A DNA stretch of 64,000 nucleotides, from positions 2,976,001 to 3,040,000 of the forward strand of contig OX337236.1 in the NCBI GenBank assembly GCA_946965045.2. The letters run 5' to 3'. Both the position numbers and the translations under genes were made by a program. Numbering within the stretch: the first letter of the stretch is position 1; every line of letters begins with the position of its first letter. This stretch comes from Epithemia pelagica. Lineage: Eukaryota; Protista; Bacillariophyta. Under the pieces are notes generated by a model, which did not search any database, was not told where the DNA came from, and worked only from the letters and a program-made list of their open reading frames with translations. This document shows positions 29,535 through 42,079 of the stretch, one piece after another.

Positions 29535-29963
29535 ACTTTTGTTGGTACACTGAAAAGGATGCGTTGGAGCCCCCAATAATAGACGCGCCGGGTGGTGATT
29601 CGATTCAAACACTCGCAATCGCAACCGCAACGTTGGACGACAAGAGACAAAACGACGAGTGTGTAGCACAGTTGTGAGAAAAGAACATACCATGCCACGG
29701 GTGCAGTTATGGTGTCTCTTCTCCATCTCGCTCGCTGCTCTGTCCAAGTCACACGCCCGCTTGTCAAGTCCCCCCAACACAAAAAAGAACAACAACAAGA
29801 CATTCGATGAAACTTGCCGGAAGAAGGGAACGAGAACCACAACTCTCTCTCGCAAACGACACGCACACATTTTTGGGTGTCTGCGTGTGGACTCCAAACG
29901 GTTTTATTTGGTTGTGGAGAGGTTCGAGTGTGGAACCAAAAGCGTCGGTAGGATTGATACACC

Positions 29964-30290
29964 ATGAGCTCAATGACTCAAGCTCCACAAGAACAAGAAA
30001 CAACAAAGGAAGGAATCCTCATTGATTTGGAACAACAAGAACGCATGGAGGAGGACCAGCCGATCCACATGGTTCCTGCACAACTAGAACAACCAGAAGG
30101 GATCCTGATTGAGTTACACCAAGAAACCATTCTGGAGAAGGAGAGAAAGGAGATCCGCAATGACCCGAACGACAGGGACGGCGACCAGAAGAAGAAGAAA
30201 CGCCATTGGAAGTTGAAAGACCGATGCGAGTACGGTGAGCACCACCACGACCAGTCAAACCACGACTCGGTCTCCTCCTCCTGGAAGTAG
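29964..30290 (+). CDS. Small charged hypothetical protein (108 aa)
   Basis: ATG-initiated ORF with an internal duplication (EGILIDLEQQE / EGILIELHQE) and a KKKKR stretch; no recognisable family. Confidence 0.3.
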   Translation: MSSMTQAPQEQETTKEGILIDLEQQERMEEDQPIHMVPAQLEQPEGILIELHQETILEKERKEIRNDPNDRDGDQKKKKRHWKLKDRCEYGEHHHDQSNHDSVSSSWK

Positions 30291-31191
30291 TACTACTAGC
30301 ATCATCAGTGCCTCCTCGCTGTCACACCACCATGCCGCAGCCGCAGTCGGCGACTACCATTGGTCCTCGGGAGGGATGTAGGATCCCTGCACGTGCCTAT
30401 TTACTATAGCCCATTTTGTACTGTACTCGGTTTTTAATTTTAGTGTACGTATGTATTTTAGCGGTCGTGGGAAATTCCGAGCGTAAAACCAGGGTCACAA
30501 AATGGATCGAAACGCAACCGAAACAACGAGAGAAACCGTAGTGAAAGAACCAAGGAACAGAGGCAGCAAGAAACATGACAATCAAACAAGCGAGGCAATA
30601 AGCACAACAGCGAGGAAAAGCAAACATCAATCAACCAAAAAGGGCGGCCAAGGCAATAGAAGCAACAAACATCAAGAAGCAGCATGACAGAACAGCAGAG
30701 CGAAAAACAAAGGTAAAGCGACAGCAGAAGCATCAAGAGAGACAAGCAAAGCATCAAACAAAGAATCCAAAAGCGATGCAACAATCAACCAAGACAAATA
30801 GCAAAGCAGCAATCAACCAAAGGCAAAAACCAGCGCAATAAGCCAAGAAAGGCAAGAACCAACAATAGAAACAGAGACGACGAAAATGAAACAAACAACA
30901 ATCAACCAAATACAGAAACACAGAAGCATAACCAACAACAAAACAGAATGAATCAAAGAGCAGACCGAGAGAAAAGAGAATCAAGACAAAGGTTAGAGAT
31001 GCATTGGTAATGGGAATGGTTGCAACAATCAAAAAGAGCGAAGAAAACACTTACATATTGAAGCGATCTACACGAAGAGCTCAAGCAACAATCTGCAATG
31101 AAAAGGAAGTAGTGAGAACAAAGAAAAGACGAGACAACAATCAAACACAGAAAACTTACCTAGTTCAGTAGTATCGTCCACCATGGTGGTG

Positions 31192-34559
<3,368 letters not shown>

Positions 34560-34693
34560 GGTCAAGAACTTCCTGTCGTCGAAATGGCAAGTGGAAGAAA
34601 AGTGAGAGGAGAGAGGGCGAGGACGATTTGAATGAGCATTGAAAGGGCAGGCGCGCAGGAAGAAAAAGGAAGAAAAGGAAGAAAGGAAGACTT

Positions 34694-35044
34694 TTGACCA
34701 TGGCGACGACGAAAAGGACGAAACAACAATCAACTTACATTCTGTCGCGCCGCTCAAGGTACCAAGGATCGGAATGCAGGCTATGGAGATCGGTCTCTCC
34801 TGTGCATTCGTCGATCCTTGGTACGAAGGTGCCATCCCATTCGTCGACCGTTGGGTCATACGCTTCGAAGATCAAGGAGATGCCATCCGACGACGAATCG
34901 GAAGGCAACGACAACGACAACGACAACGAGGACGACGCAAGCGAGATCGGAGAAGCGGCAGTGCCGCGATGGGATGCGGAGCGGGGCATGGGGCTGACCA
35001 CGGGACGATTCGTCATGGTGGCAACTCAACAATCAAATGGATGA
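34694..35044 (+). CDS. Small hypothetical ORF divergent from the recombinase (116 aa, acidic patch)
   Basis: ORF track; starts about 135 bp from the recombinase ATG; no recognisable family. Confidence 0.25.
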   Translation: MTMATTKRTKQQSTYILSRRSRYQGSECRLWRSVSPVHSSILGTKVPSHSSTVGSYASKIKEMPSDDESEGNDNDNDNEDDASEIGEAAVPRWDAERGMGLTTGRFVMVATQQSNG

Positions 35045-35199
35045 GGAAATGACGACGACGACAACAACAACAACAACGCCTACAACGATGCCTCTCACAT
35101 TTTCAAAGACAGCCCTATGTAGCACCTAAGTATTTCGTTTGCCCCTAAATAGTGAGACGCTATGTGATCTTCTGTTCCTAAATAGTGAGATCCTAAGTG

Positions 35200-35329
35200 T
35201 TGTAAGTAATTTCCCCCAATAAGTGACTACATAGACTAAGTAGAGCAACGACTTTGAAAAATCATTGTAAGTAATTTCCCCCAATAAGTGACTACATAGA
35301 CTAAGTAGAGCAACGACCTTGAAAAATCA
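35200..35329. repeat. Tandem duplication of a 65-bp unit (one mismatch), preceded by CCTAAATAGTGAGA x2 (35144-35157, 35177-35190)
   Basis: Units at 35200-35264 and 35265-35329. Confidence 0.93.
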
Positions 35330-35662
35330 ACGGAGGAAAAGCCTAACAAATTTTAATTCTGTGTGACACATACATCCCCCCTCGGACGCAACGGAAGCGC
35401 ACGACATCTGCTCCTTGTCGTGATTCTCGTCGGGGGCACTTCTCGGGGGCCTAACTCCTCGGCGGGCAATAGGTCCTCGTCGTGTACTGCCCCAAATCCG
35501 CTTATAGCGGATTTTTTGGGCAGTACACTCCTCGGACCTATTGCCCTTCTCGGAGTTAGGCGCCCCTCGTCGTGCCCCACTCCTCGGATCACTCCGCGGA
35601 GCAGATGTAGAACTACGACACGAGTACCATTGTCACCAGCACCCACCAGTCGACCGTGACCA

Positions 35663-36376
35663 TTGCACTTTTGGAGGAGGAATCACAACAACAACAACAA
35701 GAAGATCCACAAGTCACTTCTTCTTCTTCTTCTTTGTTTTGGAATACTGGCGACGACACGGCTCCAGCAGGCTTGGATCACACGTACTACTACCAAAGAT
35801 GAGGATTCCCTCATTTTGCGGCACATTCATTTGGACCATGTGGCCCTGCAATGGTTGCGGAATCAATACCAGGTCTGGTGTTTGGAACGACGACGCCAAC
35901 CCTGCCTCCCCACGGCCAGCCCCACCAAACTACAACGTCTCGTATTGGATCAGTGTTCCTACAGTGGCGATTGTTCCACCCGACAGGCCTTGCTCCAGTT
36001 TTTGAATCATGTGGGACCAGAACTGGTCGAACTGGTCGTTCAGGAAACCACCATTCCTTCCCGGATTATGGGCCACCCGCAAGATGCAGAACCACAACCA
36101 AATGAGGACGAGGACGAGGAGTTTCTGTCAGACGCCTCCTTGGCGGGTCCCATCTTGGCCGGCTTTCACACCATGGGTGCATCCTTGGAACGCTTGGTCT
36201 TGGATCATGCCGATTTGCGTCGTCAGGGCTATGCCTTGAGGTGTTTTTTGGCCAAGGCTCGGAACTTGCATTCCTTGACCTTGTCGTCCTGTCACGTTTC
36301 GGACGACACCTGTCGAGCCTTGACCACCACCACCACCAAGACTTGCAGCAAGACCAACCACCCTATTCCTGTCTGA
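35663..36376 (+). CDS. LRR/RNI-like protein fragment
   Basis: LxxLxL-type repeats: KLQRLVLDQC, ELVELVV, SLERLVLDH, NLHSLTLSSC. The start is uncertain and the ORF ends abruptly before a (GA)n tract. Confidence 0.5.
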   Translation: MHFWRRNHNNNNKKIHKSLLLLLLCFGILATTRLQQAWITRTTTKDEDSLILRHIHLDHVALQWLRNQYQVWCLERRRQPCLPTASPTKLQRLVLDQCSYSGDCSTRQALLQFLNHVGPELVELVVQETTIPSRIMGHPQDAEPQPNEDEDEEFLSDASLAGPILAGFHTMGASLERLVLDHADLRRQGYALRCFLAKARNLHSLTLSSCHVSDDTCRALTTTTTKTCSKTNHPIPV

Positions 36377-36433
36377 TGCAGATGGAAGACACGTGTATTT
36401 GGGCCTATTTGCTCTGTCATGCCGAGTGAGGTG

Positions 36434-36547
<114 letters not shown>

Positions 36548-36599
36548 AACCGGAACGACAAGAGGAACGACAAGAAGGGCGGGCACCACCAGAGAAACA

Positions 36600-37105
36600 C
36601 GGTCCTGTCCATGTGTCATTCGGGAGCAGCCATCCAGCCAGCCACCACAGACTAGGGATTGCTCCAAGGAATGATGATGATGGTACAGGCATACAAAACA
36701 AAACAAAAAACGAAACAAACAACAAAGGGACAATCCATTCTCGATTCTGCATACACTACACTCTACTGTATCTCTACTACTAGGATCCAGTGCTGCATGG
36801 AATTTCTTTTCGTTGTATGGCGTCTACGGATCCGCTATATCGTAGAACCAACTAGCTAGATGGGTCCCTCCAGATCTTGTGGCCATGTCGAGTCGTAGGA
36901 GGAACGAGCGTGGTCTACTCTCCAATACTCCTAAAGCCACTGTGTCCGGTCCATGTCATTGGACCACCACAGACACGGGGTGGGGTTGCTCCAATGGATG
37001 TGGTGGTACAGGCAAAGCAACACACAACAACAACGGGACAATCAATTCTCTTTTCGGTATACTCACCACTCTGCTGCTGTTTCTCGACTACAGAGGATCC
37101 GTCCG
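36600..37105. repeat. Diverged direct repeat (about 36600-36800 versus 36945-37105)
   Basis: Shared collinear blocks GTCCATG/GTCATT, CCACCACAGAC, TTGCTCCAA, TGGTACAGGCA, GGGACAATC.ATTCTC, AGGATCC. Confidence 0.6.
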
Positions 37106-37491
37106 TCTCGTCTTGTCTGAACGAAACAGAAACGCCATATTGCTGTACTGGGTGCAGGAGAAACTCCATTTTGTAGTAGATTGTCACGACGACGACAACA
37201 ACAACATGAGAGAGAGACACAGCCGTACAATAGCTTCATTCTCGTCATGCCATCCAGTCGTATACGTCTGTCTGATCGAGATACCACACTACGACTAGGG
37301 CGTTCAAACTTGATTATCATTGTTAAATGTCAAATTCGAGAGTAATGCATTAATATATATTAGTAGTACTATGGACTGTTGTTTTTTTCTTGTTGCCTAT
37401 CATTCTTCAATTCTTGTCGTGGGATATACTCGGCACGTTGTGTGTCTTGCTGGACGGGTCTCTTCCACGCTTTCTTCATCCTGGGAGTTGT

Positions 37492-38262
37492 TTAGTAACT
37501 TTTCTTTTCCTTTTCCTCGCAGGTCACGACAAAGGATGCGTGAAAGCCCTTCTCGTTGCATCCATTGAGAATCTCCGTACCATTGTAGACAAAACCAGGA
37601 TGAGCCACGGCGGTAACAATGACGGCACTCGATGCGGTCTTGGTAAACAAAGTACATTCCCCGGAATCATGAGGGTCGTTGCAGTCACAGCAGATACCCG
37701 AAATGGTTGGCTTTTGCGTTGCGCAGGGACAACTCACTCCCAGTTCGGCTCCAGGAGGTCCCGGCTTGATTTCTGTCATGGCCTGGTTCACGGCAAAGGT
37801 TTCGGCCACAGCCCCATCCGGAGGACCCTCCGGCATCGTCAAGGCCGCCTTGGAAATGGTCACGGGTTGAGTGGATGCCAGTGCTACCTTGAGGACATCA
37901 TGCTTGGTCACTCCATCTTTGCCGAGTAGTGTCTCGCCTTTGACAATGGCATCGCCAAAGCCAAAACAAGTCTTGTGGGAACAAGAGGCAATGTTCTTGG
38001 ACTCCGAGACGGCAAAGGGAACGACGGTCCCATTGATAAATTCTGTCATCAAGGATCGACCCACCATACCAGGTGGTGTCAAGGGTGAATTCGGATCAAT
38101 CTCGAAGTTCACGAAATAGAAGCACGGACGATCGTCCTTGGGAGGAGGAGGAGGGGGAACCTTGTCTTCGTTGTCGTCGTAGTGGTCCTTGGCAATGGTC
38201 AACGATGTCAAATAAAAGAGGGAGACAAGAACGGATGCAACGGATTTGGAGATCATGGTCAT
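37492..38262 (-). CDS. Secreted Cys-rich hypothetical protein (about 256 aa from the MTMISK start)
   Basis: N-terminal signal-peptide-like SVASVLVSLFYLTSLTIA, PPPPPP linker, multiple Cys (CSHKTC, CPC, CCDC); uninterrupted frame. Confidence 0.65.
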   Translation of the reverse strand: MTMISKSVASVLVSLFYLTSLTIAKDHYDDNEDKVPPPPPPKDDRPCFYFVNFEIDPNSPLTPPGMVGRSLMTEFINGTVVPFAVSESKNIASCSHKTCFGFGDAIVKGETLLGKDGVTKHDVLKVALASTQPVTISKAALTMPEGPPDGAVAETFAVNQAMTEIKPGPPGAELGVSCPCATQKPTISGICCDCNDPHDSGECTLFTKTASSAVIVTAVAHPGFVYNGTEILNGCNEKGFHASFVVTCEEKEKKSY

Positions 38263-38411
38263 GTAGAAAGGATCAATGAATGGTTGGCGTCTTGGTCTGT
38301 TGCTTTGTTTGGTATCTTTTCGCGGTGTGGAAATCTGCAAATTGTGAGACCACCGACACGACGAGGGAGAGAGAACAACTCGTTTCCTTGTTCCTTGCTT
38401 CTTCGCTTCAA

Positions 38412-38493
38412 CGAATCTGGCGAGCGCGTCTGCGTGGTCTATTATTTTTTGGCCGAATCTGGCGAGCGCGTCTACATGATCTATTATTTCCGG
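38412..38493. repeat. Two-copy tandem repeat of about 42 bp upstream of the secreted-protein gene
   Basis: CGAATCTGGCGAGCGCGTCT...TCTATTATTT at 38412 and 38454. Confidence 0.85.
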
Positions 38494-40388
38494 GTCCATA
38501 AGCTTGCATCATAAGAACATTTGGTCTTGATTGGTTGTGCATGCTCGGACACGTGAAGGTATTATCGCGCGTGTTGTGCTGCGATATCGCTGCTTAAGCA
38601 ATAAGATATCAAAGTTGTGCCTACTAAAAGAGCTATGCTATTGCGCAATGAGTGTAAGATGATGCCATGAATGGAGAAGCCTACCGAATCTTCTAGAATC
38701 AGAACATGATAAGAAATTCTGTGGAGAAGGCAGGAAGTTGCCAAGAAGAGCCTTGCTGCTGCTGATGCAGCTGGAAGCTATCAATGAAGCCTCTGGGTCA
38801 GCCTGGAGGCTTCCTTGGATGCGGCAGGTGCAGCAGGCAGCTAAGAGCTGCGAGCTTCCGCGCTCAAGAGAGAGTTTGTTCCGTTCCCAGCTGTGCGCTC
38901 CGATATTGCAAGTGCGCTGCAGATGGCTTTGGCCCATTTGCTGCCAAGCCCACTCAGCTGTGGGCCCACAATGACTCGGGTTGCTCAGCCAGGGAGAGCT
39001 TTTGCTAGGCCGGGTAGCCCAGCACCGGCCTCAGGCCTTGCTGCTGCTCAGGAAGAGCCGCCAGGCTGCAGGAGGCAGGAGCAGCAGGCAAGGGCAGCAA
39101 GTGAGCTCGCCCACATGGCAAGCAGCTGCAACAGCGCCATGCGCGCTGCTAACGCGCTAGAAGGCCTGGCCATGGGGCGCTAGCCAGCCGCCAAGGCAGC
39201 CGCCAAAGAACCCGAGCAAGCACCTGCCAAGCAGGTGGCGAGCAAGAAGCCCAGCTGCAATGCACGCAAGCCGGCATGCATTCTCACCAATGCAATAGCA
39301 CCAGTTCTTGCATATCGTGCGCGCGAGACGAGACAAAAATCTCCAAATGTCGCACCAGAAACTCCTTTTTTACTCTGGTTTTTTGTATGCTCCCATTTTT
39401 GTTAAATATAATAACCCAAAAATCTCCCCAAACGACTCACTTTTTTGTGCACGACCCCGACAACCCAAATTTCAACGCAACTGTCAGCCAACCATACAGT
39501 TCAATAGAAGAAGAATAGAACAATTGCACTGTTTTGTCCGATTACAAAAAGACCGACAATTGACCGAGTCACGCCTTACACAAAACCGATCATCGAAATT
39601 TTGCTCCAATGAATGGATTCTCCACGAATCCATGCGCGCATACCGCACACAGTGTATAAAATATATACAAACCCTAATAAAGCATTACACCATAGTCGCA
39701 TTTCAATCGTCTATCAATCATTGATCTACCCATGAAGAAGCATCCTTTTCCCTCCAACCGAGTCCACTTTTCTCTGTTTGGACACTTTTACCGATGATTA
39801 TTGTTGCATCTTTTTACACTGGGTACCGAGGGTCATCATCAAAGTCACAAGGAGCCATGTTCTGCAGTGATAAGGGTGCAGAGTGCACCATGTACCACGA
39901 GAACCATCAACTGGGTCACGAGTCACGACGAGAAAGCAACTTTGCTCCATCAGCTCTCTGATTTTTTTTACATTCGGAATTAGCATTTTCATTGTGCATT
40001 CCCAGATTTTCAGATGCCGGTTGGCATCAATCTTCACTTCTGACGACTGCCGCATTCGGAGCTCCGCAATTCGGTGCATATCATGAATCATACAACTCTC
40101 TATCTGCAAGTCGATGATGGTTTTATGCTGGTCATATCACTCGGTACTGGAACATCATGGTGCCTCCTACTATACTTGTTCCGAAACATGTCAACGATGT
40201 CGGTTTCTCCCGTGGCTTACTGCCGTCTGTCATGAACTTGGATCAACTCTCCAAACACAAACTTCGATGGTTGATCCTCTCATAGAATCTGATTCCACAA
40301 GTTTGCCGAGCCAATTGCATCGAGCAACCTTATCAGATTTTGAGTGAGATACCGGCCGAGTAATCAAGAAACCACTGTTTGAAGTACC

Positions 40389-41198
40389 ATGAAGTTGTCA
40401 GCTGCCGTCGTTTTTCTTGCTGCGACTATCCACAAGAATGCCGCCGTGGAAGATAGTACGCATATGGTGTTTCCCGCTCCAGAACGCTCCCAACAGCAGC
40501 AACAGCAGCAACAGCACAAGCTGCAGCAATCAAACAATACTGATGGCGCATCTTCGCTGTTACCGCCAATGCTTGACGCCGGTCCCGACTCCATCGAACC
40601 TTGCGCCGTCGGCGTTACCAACTGCGACGAAACCGCGTTGGTTTGCGACGAAGAAATGGCGCCCGATGTGATTGTCAAGCCGGGCGTATCCGGCGCTGGG
40701 TTCTATTCGTACCTTCTCAATTCGACGATGGGATTATTGGGGGTGCAGTACTACGTCTGCGCTTGCAACCGCCAATCGACCCATTTTGTTGGCGGAGAGC
40801 TTTCCGTGCGAGCCGACTCGATCTGCAAAATCAATGAGCACCGGTTGCCCCTGCCGAAGGATTCAAACGAAACGTGCCCCGACGGCGCGGCGAGCGACTG
40901 CCTCAGTTACTGCAACGACGTCACCTTCGGCGGGGACAGTTGGAAGGAAGCGAACACGATGCCAGAGAATGGCGGTGGGAAAGGCGCAGTCGGGGCTTTG
41001 GCCGACGGTTCGACCGGTTGCGTTTGCATCTGGGCCGACACGCGTATCCAAGGTTGCACCCTTCCACCTCCCAGCGATGATCCACCTCCCAGTGATGGTG
41101 TTGTATCTGGCGCACACAAACCACTCGGCGCCGTCACACTAACTGCTGCTGCCGCTACGCTGCTCGGGATGGTGGGAAGCCATGGCCTTCTTTTTTGA
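40389..41198 (+). CDS. Cys-rich cell-surface protein, probably GPI-anchored (269 aa)
   Basis: Hydrophobic N-terminus MKLSAAVVFLAA, poly-Gln, Cys-rich core, PPPSD x2 spacer, small residues (SGA) then a terminal hydrophobic tail. Confidence 0.7.
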   Translation: MKLSAAVVFLAATIHKNAAVEDSTHMVFPAPERSQQQQQQQQHKLQQSNNTDGASSLLPPMLDAGPDSIEPCAVGVTNCDETALVCDEEMAPDVIVKPGVSGAGFYSYLLNSTMGLLGVQYYVCACNRQSTHFVGGELSVRADSICKINEHRLPLPKDSNETCPDGAASDCLSYCNDVTFGGDSWKEANTMPENGGGKGAVGALADGSTGCVCIWADTRIQGCTLPPPSDDPPPSDGVVSGAHKPLGAVTLTAAAATLLGMVGSHGLLF

Positions 41199-42049
41199 GT
41201 TATAATTGATTGGTGGTAGTCTACTGCTCTAGCGAAACAGAATCAGGGATTCCGGCACTTGCACAAGTGGAGAATCAAGCGGGAATAATTTAGGCCTATG
41301 CTTATTACTGCCCTGTCCGCCAAGAGTGGTGTGGAGGAAAGTGGCTGGACCAAAGGCAGGCATTATGTCTGAGCTAAAAGTAAAAGATATAGTCCAAGCA
41401 CACACAAACTGAGCGTAGATCACAAATTTTGCTTCTGCTGCCTCTTGCTTAGCAAGCCTGGCAAGCAGCCTTGCAGCGCGGCGCCAAGCGCAATGAGCTA
41501 TGGCATTTGCCAATTTCCCCTCTTTCTCTTTGTAAAATATTTATTTCCCTTCATCATCACAGCAGCGATCCGGGGAGATCCAGACACCCCCGGACTTGAA
41601 AAGCTTCGGCGTAAGCTAGGCTTGACGAGACCCGCGGAAGAATGCGTCACATTGTTAAAGGAGCTACTGCAGGAGCAAGAAGAGGGGAAACCGTCGTTGT
41701 CGGTGAACGATCCTCTGGAATACCTCATTGCAAGAAAGGATGGCACCGTCCACGTGGGGTCCACTCAGAATCCGATGGTGCCAGTACCTCCAGGCACCTT
41801 CGCCAGGCACGCTGATATTTGACCATGCTGGCGAAACAAGTAAGAACCGATCTTTTAATAATAGTTTGACATAATATTTTTATTATTAATTGATTTAAAT
41901 CGAGCACTATCTAAATTTATATCATAGGCACAGCTGCCCGCATTCAGCTGTGAAGGCTGCACTTTGAGGGAGCATCAATCTGCTTGCTCAACTAGGTATC
42001 CATGCAATCAGATGCAGGATCTTAATGTGCTGAGCACAAAGAGGCCATG

Positions 42050-42079
42050 GTCAGCTTGCCTGCGCGCAGCACAGCACTG
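42050..42079 (-). mobile_element. Possible DNA-transposon terminus (CAGTGCTGTGCTGCG..., hAT-like) truncating Copia-1
   Basis: Copia-1 Pol breaks at ...EGFKC-T, where the YVDAD RNase H motif should start, exactly before CAGTG. No matching TSD or perfect partner end was found. Confidence 0.35.

Noticed and set aside
22990-29550. Target-site duplication for Copia-3
   Set aside because: No 4-6-bp match between the right flank (ACTTT or CAACT) and any candidate left boundary examined.
35200-35329. CRISPR array
   Set aside because: Two abutting 65-bp units with no spacers, no cas genes, and a eukaryotic context.
39790-40350. Possible degenerate gene on the minus strand (ORF 39798-40109)
   Set aside because: Multiple stops around it and no motif I can assign with confidence.
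41445-41822. 125-aa plus-strand ORF as a transposase or host exon
   Set aside because: No recognisable motif; the N-terminal part looks intronic and no partner exons were identified.
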